A stretch of DNA of 64,000 bases from Paraspadella gotoi (Eukaryota > Animalia > Chaetognatha): the NCBI GenBank assembly GCA_051294375.1, contig CM119267.1, positions 18,144,992-18,208,991 on the forward strand. Reading direction: 5' to 3'. Positions within the stretch are counted from its first letter, which is position 1. Every line of letters begins with the position of its first letter. Below, piece by piece: positions 49,601 to 60,528 of this stretch. A model generated the notes under the pieces. It was not told the origin of the DNA and did no database searches. It saw only the letters and a program-made list of their open reading frames with translations. A program made the position numbers and the translations under genes.

Positions 49601-51671
49601 AATATTTTGGTTTTAATCATTCCCGTTATTGTCGTGGTACTTCTTTATTAAGTCAGATAAAATTCTACAAATCTCGTCGGGATATACTGCGTAATTTTAT
49701 CTTGTCAACGTGGAACGTCGTATTTGTATTTGTATTGTCATTGTGGAATTGGTTTGAAATCAAAAGGAAACTAACTGAAAATTTATCTGAAAATTACCGA
49801 ATGTATTATCTTATGAAATACTTGTCTTGATCTATCGCACTTTACTTATTTTAAAAATACATGTTTCGTGGAGACTTAAAATTTTATATCAAAGAGTCAT
49901 TTACTAAGTCACCTACTAAACCACTCGTTCATTAACTGACCTTTCCGGATCCTCCTCTTTGGCGGCTGAAGGATCCGTGGGGCCATGAGATGGCGCCACC
50001 CGTCAACGCATCCTCTCTTTCGAGCACCAAGAACAAAAGTCTCGCCCGAGGTCATGTGACTGACAAACCCGGAGAAAAACTCTTTCCCTCGATGTTCTTG
50101 TTATGAGACGGAAGGGAGTGAGAGAGTTGGTTAATGAGTGAACGAGAGGGGTGAATGAGTGGGTAAGTGAATGAGTGGGTCAGCGATAACAGATTAAAAA
50201 GCGACTGGAAAAACTGTCAATGTGTACTGCAATTTAAGACAAACGTGATTCTTCAATTCAAACTTATCAGATTTTCAACAGATATGTTTAATATCGTTTA
50301 TTGTTTGTTGTGTTTTAACAATCATTCTCCTCCCGCCACCGCCCACGAAGCCAATATCGCGCAATACCTGGTAAAACTCTTCGGCGATGTCGCTCGTCAG
50401 AGCCAACTGTGTCTCGGCGACGATGTGAAAACCAGCGTCTCGAATGTTGCTCATTATTTCTTCTTTGTGATCCATCCGTCGGGTTTGATGGCGGCTAGGG
50501 TTTTCATTCTGGGTTTTAATGGTTAAATAAATATAATATAATATTAATATAATATAATATATAGAAAAATAATATTAAAGTAGTTTTAAATCGCGACAAA
50601 AAAGTAATATTATTGTAGAAAACTTTTTTTACTATGCAAATTCGCCGAATGATCATTTCATTTTACACGGAGAAGTACATTCTAGCCGATATTGTACATC
50701 ATTTTATAAAGTAATCTTAAAAAAAGAAACTTGAACAATAGAAAACCAGCTTAATTTTACTTTCGCCGACCGCGGTTACGGCGACTTTTGAAAAAATCAT
50801 TTAAAAATACTTATTCTTAAAAAAAAGTAAAAAAAATATTACATAATTACCCTACCCTAAACCCTCCTAACCCTAACCACCCCTAACCTTAAACCACCCC
50901 TAAATTATTCTTAACCCTAACCCCTCCTAACCTCGGTCGGCGAAAGTAAAAGTAACCCGAAAACCAAATCCAACGGTCCAAATTTTTACTCACCTCGGAA
51001 AGAAGTATCCAACTCTTTTCTCGCCGACTTTTTCGAGTCGCTTCCGTGGATGGCGTTTATCTCTTCGCCCGTGTCGAATTTGGCGCGAAGACTGTCCCCC
51101 TCTTCGGACAACGCCTCCTTCTCACGGGGCCCTAACTTTTCCCGCAAACCTGTTGGTCGAAATTTTTGACAAATTTACATCCAAACACATTTACGCGTGC
51201 GTATTTTAACTTACCTTGACTGCGTCGTCCCTCGCGAGGCCTAAAGCGAGTACAGGACCCGATACCATATTGTTGATGAGCGAATCGTAATATTCGGTGC
51301 CTTTTGTGCTCGCGTAAAATCTTCAACCTTAAAGCGAGAAAATCAAAAACCATACATATTAAACAAACTGCGTGGGTAAAAATCAAATTGTTGGGAATCG
51401 TAATTCTAAACTTTTTAACCTGCTCCCTAGTGAGCTGCATTTCCTTCTGAAGGGCTATTTCGAATCCAGATTCTCTAAAAATAAAAAAAGATGATGATGA
51501 TGATGATTTCAAAAAATAATGTTCCTAGTTAAATAGGCCAATGAATACACATATAACGAATGAATTACTTGATTGTTTCGAGAATAGCTTGTCGATGCTG
51601 TTTGACAAGCACTAGGACGAATCAGGGCTAAAGTACCGCTCAACCTTAGACAACAAATATTGCGATTTAAT

Positions 51672-51717
<46 letters not shown>

Positions 51718-54700
51718 TGTCTTTCTTCATTTTTCTCTTTCAACTGACCTTCTCTCTTTCTCCTCCGGCTGCGCGGGCAAACGTATGTCGGAAAGAAAAG
51801 GCGAGTTCTCTCGCCGCGTCTCCGACGAATCGCTCCTGGAATTAAAAACGTTTAACTTAAGTCTAACAATAATACTCTCTATTCGTACAAACCAAAGCAA
51901 ATAAGACGATACCGTGGACAGCATTCATGACCATGCTGCTGCCAAACTTGGCCCTCAAACTTCGCGGGAGATTCTTCCTTGGCCTGCTCGACGTCCGGGG
52001 GCCAATGAGGCCGCGCCACACCCCTACGACGTCGGCTGAGCTGAATCGGGGGGGGGATGTTTTGAAAAGGAAAAGGATTTCTGAAAGAGGTGTTTAATAA
52101 GGCGTAGTAAAATTTCTAAATTTAACTTTAATTAAAATTCTAAAAGTGAGGAACGAACAATATTATACTAATGAACATTTATGTAATAAAAAAATATATA
52201 ATAAATTTTACAATTTACGCAGTAGGCCATATTTATTACCATTACTAAACCAATAAATGTTAAAATTTCAAAACAGTTTTTTTAAAGGTTTTTTTGCAGA
52301 TTTGGATTCGTCATAAAAAGTTGATAAAGAGAAATATAACTCTTTTTTAAAAAATTCCTTCATTAAATGGGTCAAAAATTAGAAAAGCTATATTTTAAGC
52401 TGAAAATTAACTTTTTATATATTAAATATAGTTTTTTAATTTTTAACCCACTAATTGAAAGAATTTTAAAAAATGATTTATATTTTCTTTTATCAACTTT
52501 TGACGAGGAATTCAAATATTGCAATCAAAATTAAGAAAAGCCTATTTTTGAAAATTTTTGATTTTAATAAGGATAGTACTATATGAAATTAAAAACATGA
52601 AATTAGATTTTTTTTACAAATTAACTGCTTCACTGATGGTCATGTTGTCTCATAATTGACTTTTAGAATTTTTGTATGTAATTTTCACTACGCCTTAGTG
52701 TTTAATATGGATTGATTATTTGAGTACTTTGAAAGGAAGTTGTAGTTAAATGACAATAACGTGCAATGTGTTTGAAGTGTGTGGTTAAAGTCAGACAAAT
52801 ACGTATGACTTCGGGAAACAGAGTAAATTCGCGTACAAACAGCGATAGGCATGCAGTATATGACGAATGGTAATATTTATACATAAAAATAGTCAATTTG
52901 AAAGTATGAGACAAACTGGATAGTTGAAAAGATTTCGGGAAAACACTTACGGCCTAAAACGTTTAAGGAATCAAATGGAAGAAGAAAATCCAAAAGTGGG
53001 GCATGGTACATGGCATGGTAATACTATTTTTATTAATTCATTTATTCAAGAACAAATGAACATGAAATTTTCGTATCAATTGCTTTTAAATACAAGCGAA
53101 GGATGATAGCGGACTTTTTATGTAAAGTCCAGAAGACCAACGATACATAACACAGATGCTCTTGTCTGTCTCCCGGTCAGAAGATATTGACTTTCGAACT
53201 CACAATCTATTTCTCGCTTATGTTAGAGAAACGTTTGACAACTCCTCCTCCTCACTCCGATATTGAAACCGATAAACCTTTCCCATCTTTGCACCCGTTT
53301 CCCTGGCTCGGAACGCGGCCAGAACCAATACGTGTGCGACGGACCGGACGTCAAAACGAAACCATTCCGTCGAAATAATCCTCGTTCACATGTGATCTTT
53401 GTAAAATTCGCGAGCTTTCGTCGCCCGTTGAGGCCATCTGAGGATAGCTAATGAACGAGTGAGATATTGTAGAGAGAGAACTTCCAATTTAATTTATATT
53501 TAAATATTTTATCGTGTTGTACCTCTTTCCTGTGTGAGAAATTTCGATTCCTACAGCGTCGCGAATCTGATCAAGAATCGCGTCAACATTTCCGGCCTAA
53601 AAACGAATGAAAAACTAATTGTCTCCGTCATGTTGAATTTTTATAATAGCTAATAGTTCCTTGAGTACTAAATTTAAATTTGAGATCCGAAGTTTTCTCT
53701 TTGAAACTCCAGTTTGACTTTGTTGTTTTTAATGTTATAAGTTGCAATCCTTAGCGTTAAATATCGCGTAAATCAAATTCTCTTTTGTTGAAAGTGTAGA
53801 AAAAGGGCGGACACAAAAGTACATTTCCCAGAAATGAAAACCCGTACGAACGAGAAGCAAAACCTGATTTATTTTTGAACTTTTTGAACTTGAAGTTGAG
53901 ATTTTTTAAAAACATGTCGTGATGTAGTAATTTTTAACGAGACACGACCTACCTGGACGCGTCGGGTTTGATTATGGCGACGGTGAAGGGGAATCGGATC
54001 TCCGTCAAGCTCGTCTATTGTCATTTCGAGATCCGATCGATTCTTTGCTCGTCGCCGCCGTCAATAAATTGTCCTGGAGGGCGAGACCGAAAATGATCGT
54101 TGATAACTTAAATTGAAGGATTTTTTTTTACTTTTTTACTAATTGATCGTAATTCTTCATCCATTGGGAGATACAAATTGATTTTACACTACTATTACGC
54201 GACAGAAAGCATTTTACCAGCCAAAAGATAACATTTTCTTTAACGACAAAAATTTCGATTATGAGATGGTTGGGAGGAAGCAGTGAAATTGTTAAGCAGC
54301 CATTCTCGCGGAAGTAAAGTTTTATGTTCTACGCCGAGAAAAATATTGTTTTTTAGTTCTTTTCTGGTGGTCCTCATCACCACAGATGGATTAAAGCTGT
54401 TACTTTCACAGCGCCTCAGTGGCTCAGTGGACTTAATGCACCATTCCCCTAATGTGCGTCCCTGGTTCGAGCCCTGAGGTTGTCATGTAGAAAGTGTGGA
54501 TGGACCGGGAAATCCGCCTGTAGGGCCATGGCCTACTGCCAGATCCAAAGCTCTGGACTACAATGAACATGCTGTCTCGCTGTCGCCACGACGGTGACAC
54601 CGCTGCTGGGTGTGGCGCCCTGTAAAACCAGCCTCTTTCAATGGTGAGCCCGGACGTGATCCCGAACACGCAAACCCGGGCATGATAACTCGACTCCTCT

Positions 54701-57700
54701 GCCCTTGATTTGTGGTTTGAGCTACACAGCTGCGACTCAACAAGCACAAGGCCACCAGAATGCAGAGAGGTTCAGCGGAGACGACATGCGCTTTCAGCCC
54801 CTGCTTTGTACTCTCCATATGCGAGAGTCCTGGGGCGGCTGGTCTGGTGGTCCTATCAACCACTAGATGGATTTAAAGCTGTTACTTTTCACAGCGCCTC
54901 AGTGGCTCAGTGGACTAATGCACCCATCCCACATTGTGCGTCCTTGGTTCGAGCCCTGAGTTGTCAATGTAGAGAAGTGGGATGGACGCGGGAAACCCGC
55001 CTGTAGGCTATGGGCCTACTGCTCAGATCGCAAAGCTCTGGACTACATGAACATGCTGTCTCGCTGTCGCCACGAGCGTGACACCTGCTTGCGGGTGTGG
55101 GCCCTTGTAAAATCCACCTCTTCACTTCATAAAAACTGTTCGCGATTTCAAACCAATTGTGGATTGTTTAATGAAAACAAACCAACAAAAAAAAATACAA
55201 CAAACATTTTAATTGATTATAACATAGGCGTATTTGATTTTAAAATTCTATATGCCTTTGTTGACCTTCATATATTTAGTAAAATTGCTTTCGAACTTTG
55301 CAAACGAAACGACGTCACGAGCGCTCGCGTAAATCTTTGCGAACAGACAAAAGCTTCGCAATCGAGCGTCGACCGACTTTCCAAAAGTCAAATCCGAATT
55401 CGTATCCGAGAAAAAAATAAATAAACGCAAAGATTTTGACTTCGATTCGCGGAGACGATAACGGGAACGAAATCGCGACGTTAAATTCCCAGATCCGCAA
55501 AGTTCAGAAGGAGCGTTCGTGCTTGAAATTCACACGTTATCATCGCGATCACCGCAAAGTTCTTCGTAGAAATGGAAAAGGTGGAACGAATCTCGATTAA
55601 GGTCATTTTCGTCATTGGAATGACTGGATCCGGAAAAGGTGAGGTGGGGCCTAATAAGGGTAAGGAACTCAAGGACTGGACTGCCACAAGTTTTCATAAA
55701 AAAAAAACATTTAGACTTACTGGAAGTGAGAAGCTCGCGGCCAACAAGGACGTGCTAATTTTTAGTTGCAATAAAGAACCTCGGCAGGAAAATTGACGAA
55801 GATAATTAAAATACTAATCTTGTAATACCTAATTTCGACAGGCACCCAATGCTCGCGCCTCGCCGCCCGCATTCGGAAATTGGCCACTTCTTCCGCCGGC
55901 GATCTGCTTCGAGCGAGACGTCACACGGAACTGAACGCGGCGAAGAGATTCGTCAATCGATGGACATAGGAAAGTCGTCGATGTGGCCATCACTTGTCAA
56001 TTGGTGGACGAGGCGATGGGAAGATGAAGGCTAGGTTAAAAAATAAATGAAAGAAAAGAAGAAAAAAAGAGAGAAAAGAATTACTGAATAAAAGAAATCA
56101 AAACAATCTCAACACCCTACTTTCTCGAAAGACACCACCTCCGACCTTCCTCCTGACGGATTCCCCATGAACGACGACAACTTCCAAGTGATGGAGTCGA
56201 CTCATGTCCTCCAAGGCGGGACGTCGACCTCGTTCCTCTTGACTGTCCGGAGGAGATGTGCGCCAAGAGGATTCTTTAATAGAGGAGGACGGGGAGCGGA
56301 GGGCTAAGTAGAAGAGAAGAGTGGCATGAATCGGGAGAAGAGGGTGGGTTTAAAACGGAAGAAGCAAGTAGAGTCAAGCTTAAATTAGAGTTAGATGCGG
56401 TAAAGGGGACATAAAAATAGCTCTAAGATAAGTCAAGTATATATTGTCAATATTTGTCAAAAAAATTGTTTAAATCTTTCGAGCATCGGTTAAGTTAAAG
56501 ACGATTTGCAACTTTTAGTTGTTTTTATCGCAAGTTTCGACGATAAGCGCCGCAAAAGTCTTCGCACACCGGTTCGACATTTACGATAATCAACGGCGCC
56601 GATAGTCGAATTAAGACAAAAGGGGCATCTTACGCCGAGTCGAGGCCCACGCGCAACGCCCGACGAAGTTTTCGCCGCGGCGAGGACGGTTCATTCTTGG
56701 AGGAGGGCTTCACGGAGCATTCGAGGCATCTAACTTAACTTTCAGAGGTCTTTGTGCCGAGGCACCGTCAACAGAACGATCGATTCTTTTTCCGTTCTTC
56801 ACCAGTCAATTTACAAGTAATTCGATCTTAGTATTTCGTTTTTAACACTTTATGTTCAATCAAATTTGTTTGATCAATTTAATCGTCTTGGTGTTTGGTA
56901 CGATTAAAATTTCAATCGTTTATCCTCTGCTTTTTTGCCTCTCTTTACCTGTGTTTCCCTTATCTTAACTTACTTCCGACCTTTCCCTATTTCCCGCCGT
57001 TGCTTGTTGTTGTCGTCGTCGTACGTCAGTCATCATCGATCCTTCGGGATCGCGAATTTCCTCTCCTCTTCCGCCCATTCTTGCATTACCTGTAATAATT
57101 AATACATATTCAATGCTAATATTAACAACTTAGGTTAATTTAATGTTGGAATAAAACTATTACCTTTTTTCTCCGTGAGCATTTTGTGTGGGACCCGGTC
57201 GAGTTCAAATGCGGCGAATTTGCGCCTCTCCACGACGCGACTAACTGACCTCCTATAAACATTAGATTTTACTTCTGTATTATGACTATAATTAATATTT
57301 ATATTATTATTATTATTATTATTATTTTTTTCTTATTATTCATTAATTTTATCATCTCTCTTGCCTGCGTAGATGAGATAGCACGACGACACTTTCCCCT
57401 GTATCGTCGAGAGCGGCGACGCCGTGTCGGCTTTGGCCACGGGCGACGTGAGGAGTGGGCGTCGCCCCAACTCGTTCTTCAGCGATCGAGGATGCGTGTT
57501 CATGACAGTGCTGCACGTGGCCGCACCAATCTTGGGAGCGGTTGTAATAAATCGAGAAAAGAGCTAGCTGATCACGTGTTCTTTGTAACATCAAGACACA
57601 GAGGTATATTTCGTCCCGTTTTCCACCATTTAAAGAATTGAATACAATGTTCATCAGTATACAATTTTGTTTGTTTGTGTTTATAGCCTATACTATAGTA

Positions 57701-57928
57701 ACTCGCTATAAACGCATAATAAATCAGTGATGGGATTTTCAATATTTTCGAGTACCAAAATTTTACTCGATTTTACTCATCCCAAACGACTTGATTCCAA
57801 AAAAATAATAACACAACAATAATAAACGTTGACCGGAGAAACGATCGACAACCACGAGGCCTTCCTCGACAATATTCTCTTCCATTCTTTCCTGAGTCAC
57901 ATCGATGTTCGTTCATCGCCTTTACCAT
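46025..57928 (-). CDS. NME8: Thioredoxin + three nucleoside-diphosphate-kinase domains (NME8/NME9/TXNDC3 family, outer-arm dynein IC1 type); multi-exon, many indels
   Basis: Fragments read across frameshifts: Trx at ~57928-57365 (LVVVD, WCG, LKNELG, AKADT, YRGK); NDK1 FTVAIIKPDA (~53960), SGPSHVLVL, WRGLIGP, LRAKFGSSMVMNAVHG (~51915); NDK2 LALIRP, ESGFEIALQKEMQLTREQ, SLRAKF..INAIHGSDS (~51050); NDK3 KTLAAIKPDG, IRDAGFHIVAETQLALTSDIAEEFY, HMTSG, WR..PTDP, last exon LRATFGTDVILNALHGSS (46255 downward). Exon ends approximate; NME8 versus NME9 not resolvable. Confidence 0.88.
46857..49651 (+). CDS. XK-related polytopic membrane protein (copy 1, frameshifted by apparent read errors), nested antisense in the last intron of the NME8-like gene
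   Basis: Exon 1 46857-47524 (donor CAG|gtgagt), exon 2 ~47789-49651; same sequence as the clean copy at 61845 onward, with XK motifs DVVTD and LESFPQLLVQ. Confidence 0.7.
50755..50951. mobile_element. ~200-bp MITE-like element with ~23-bp inverted termini and internal telomere-like (CCCTAA) repeats
   Basis: ttttactttcgccgaccgcggtta pairs with taacctcggtcggcgaaagtaaaa; degenerate ccctaa units at ~50850-50932. Confidence 0.7.
52100..52695. mobile_element. ~600-bp foldback MITE flanked by TA (Tc1/mariner-type target)
   Basis: ta|aggcgtagtaaaatt ... attttcactacgcct|ta; internal arms ~52306-52397 and ~52424-52512 are also mutually inverted. Confidence 0.7.
54365..55124 (+). mobile_element. Non-autonomous LTR element (TRIM) with a tRNA-like sequence inside each LTR and a tRNA-Trp primer-binding site
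   Basis: Direct repeats 54365-54640 and 54845-55124, each TG...CA; A box tggctcagtgg (54420, 54903) and B box ggttcgagcc (54464, 54946); tggtgagcccggacgtgatcccgaacacgca begins at 54642, just after LTR1; flanks tttc/cttc. Confidence 0.8.
55572..56733 (+). CDS. UMP-CMP kinase / adenylate-kinase-family NMP kinase, 4 exons, nested antisense in an intron of the NME8-like gene
   Basis: Exon 1 55572-55638 KVIFVIGMTGSGK|G; exon 2 from 55842 TQCSRLAA..SAGDLLRA..RGEEIRQSM; exon 3 from ~56132 DGFPMNDDNFQ; exon 4 from ~56537 DD..RFDIY..APIVE..RRVEA..PDEVF. Read across indels; 3' end approximate. Confidence 0.8.
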
Positions 57929-58537
57929 GATCTTTTTATAATATTTAGTTTGTTTATTTAATTAAAGATTTTTTAAGCTACAACAATCCAGAATTTTGGG
58001 ACAGAGTCGACTGAGAACGAAACTTTTCGGTTCGAAAACTCGCTAAACAATGAGTTTTCATTGTTGCCAGGATGAGCTCTCTCTTCTTTCTCTGCTCTTT
58101 TATCGATCTTTAATTTGAACCATTTACGGAAAGTAAAAGATAATTGTTTATCAAGACTCTTGTAAGGATCTCTTGCGACGCGGTATTTAAGACCTAAATC
58201 AAATCCTCTGATAGAATGGTGTTTCCGGAACGTTCCGACCACTCATAATAACATATTATCTCTAGTTCTTTTAGAACAATCTTGCCAGATCTTCTCCTCT
58301 TTCACCTGCTCCCTCCGTTGTTGTGGGTCCGTAAAACTTGCTTGGAAGAGATGAGTCTGCTCTCATTGTCCGCCCAGGCACTATTTTCTAACAACATTTT
58401 TGTGTGTTGGAGTCTCGAGAAAAAACCTTATTTGAATAGGTTCTATAAATAACCCTCCAAGGGATCCTTAAAATATTGATAACAATATCTTTTTACCTTC
58501 AGAGTAATGTGTCCAAATTAAAGAGTCGATATATCTT

Positions 58538-58585
<48 letters not shown>

Positions 58586-59366
58586 CTCCCTGGCACACAT
58601 GAAACTCACTCGTTTTGCGAAGTTTTCTGAACCGCGTTTCGTTCTCCACGTCGCACTCTGACCCAAACATTCTGGATTGTGCTAGCTTAAAAATCTTGAA
58701 TTAAAGTAAACAAAAACTCAGAATAATTATAATTAAGGATTATGAGTGCGGGTGAAAGCGTATGAAATCAGACATTGAGACTCAGGAAGATATGGGAAAT
58801 AGCGAACTATTGGCAGAGGAAAGGCTCTCGTGGTTGTCGACGTCAACGTTATAAGGGTAAGTTGATTTTTTGGTGTTTATTCTTTATGGATTAACATTCG
58901 TTTTGGATGAGTTAAAATCAGTAAAATTTGGACGTCGAAGAATTATTGGAAATCCATCACTGATTTATTTCGTTAAGTCGAGTTAATATATAGTATAGGC
59001 TAAAAAACAACAAATAAATTGATTGAGATAGCTAATGCACATTGTAAAATTTCAATTTTTTAAATGGTGGATAAAACGGGACGGAGCAAACATATACCTG
59101 GCTTGATTAAAAACAAGTCTTGTACTACTCTATTTTCTCGATTTTAACCGCCCAAGGGATTGGTGTCGTGTCGTGCTCTGCAAGGCCATGAACAAGCCAC
59201 TACTCCGTCGCTTGCAAGAACGAGTTGGGCGGACGCCCACATTCACTTCGCCGTCGCCAAGCGACACCGTCGACCCGCTCTTCGAGGCGTACAGGGGAAA
59301 GTGTCGTCCGTGCTATCTCCATCATACGCAGGCAAGAGAGAATTGATAAATTAAGAGAATAATAAG

Positions 59367-59404
<38 letters not shown>

Positions 59405-59560
59405 TAATTAATAATAATAATAATCAAAACGAAGTAAACTTAATGTTTATAGGAGTCAGATGTCGGCGGTCGTGAAGAGGCGCAAATTCGCCGCTTTTGA
59501 AACTCGACCATGGTCCAACAAATGGCTCACCAGAAAAGGTAAGTTTTTATTCGAACATTA
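57150..59560. other. Long inverted repeat centred on a degenerate PacBio SMRTbell adapter (missed-adapter chimera, assembly artefact)
   Basis: 57150-58280 mirrors 58360-59560 at low identity; centre 58289-58352 reads atcttctcctctttcacctgctccctccgttgttgtggg...gaagagat, similar to adapter ATCTCTCTCTTTTCCTCCTCCTCCGTTGTTGTTGTTGAGAGAGAT; ends at the 25-N gap 59573-59597. Confidence 0.8.
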
Positions 59561-59707
59561 GTATTACCTAGANNNNNNNNNNNNNNNNNNNNNNNNNGAG
59601 TTAACAGTTTCGAGTCCAAACCAAAAAAAAAACTTTGGGATCGTCGAAAAAATTATAAAGAATTATACAAGAAAAAGATAAAACGTGAGAAGGATTTTCT
59701 TGAGCCG

Positions 59708-59964
59708 TTAGCCTCTTCCTCCTCCCCATCAACCCTCCTCCTCCCCATCACCCCTCCTCCTCCCCATCACCCCTCCTCCTCCTCCTCTTCCCCATCTTCA
59801 TCCCCATCGGCGGTGAGTTCAAAGCGGGTCGTCCTCGTCGGCGGCGATGGCGTCCAGATCGAGATCGGGGAAGAACTCGACGATCTTCTGCGAGCCGGAT
59901 TGGGGTGTGGAAGACCCGTGGAGGGCGTTGAGGATCAGCGTCGGTGCCGAAGGTGGCGCGGAGG
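59708..59964 (-). CDS. NME8: Duplicate of the last exon of the NME8-like gene
   Basis: Acceptor caacag, then LRATFGT..ILNALHGSSTPQS..IVEFFPDLDLDAIAADEDDPL. Confidence 0.7.
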
Positions 59965-60465
59965 CTGTTGAGGGGGAGGGGGTTTTAGGGGCAGTAGGTG
60001 GCATGGGAAAGGGGATGGGAAGGGGAATGGGAAAGAGGAAGAACGAAATAGAGCAGCAAGTGGGGGGGGGGGAATGCAAATGTTAAAAAAATTCATTAAA
60101 ACTCAATTTCAAAATTATTTTAACATTATTTTAACATTATTTTAACATTTTTTCAAAAACATTTCCAAAAAATCATTCTGTGACGCCATTTCCGACCTAA
60201 TTTTTTTATTTCTTTTTTTTATTAAAATCAAAACGAAATATTTTCCAGGTAATAAAAAAAAACACTTTTAAATTAATTCTGATCGCGTTTTCTTTCTTTT
60301 TTCATAACTCTCTCTCTCTCTCTCTCTCTCTCTCNNNNNNNNNNNNNNNNNNNNNNNNNGAATATTTTGTGTGCGGCCAGAATATGATGTATAAATGTCA
60401 ATCTAAACGTTTAGTTTTTTTTTTTTCAAAGTTAAATTTTCGCTCAAAATTTAATTGATTATGGA

Positions 60466-60528
<63 letters not shown>

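Noticed and set aside
54411-54487. Functional tRNA genes at ~54411 and ~54894
   Set aside because: A/B boxes are present, but there is no convincing anticodon arm or T-run terminator, and both lie inside LTR-like repeats.
46025-57928. Pseudogenisation or programmed frameshifting of the NME8-like, XK-related and kinase genes
   Set aside because: Scattered 1-bp indels are absent from the cleaner duplicate where one exists (61845-64000), consistent with long-read error.
58760-59545. Second, plus-strand thioredoxin gene
   Set aside because: Mirror pass of the same molecule across a missed SMRTbell adapter.
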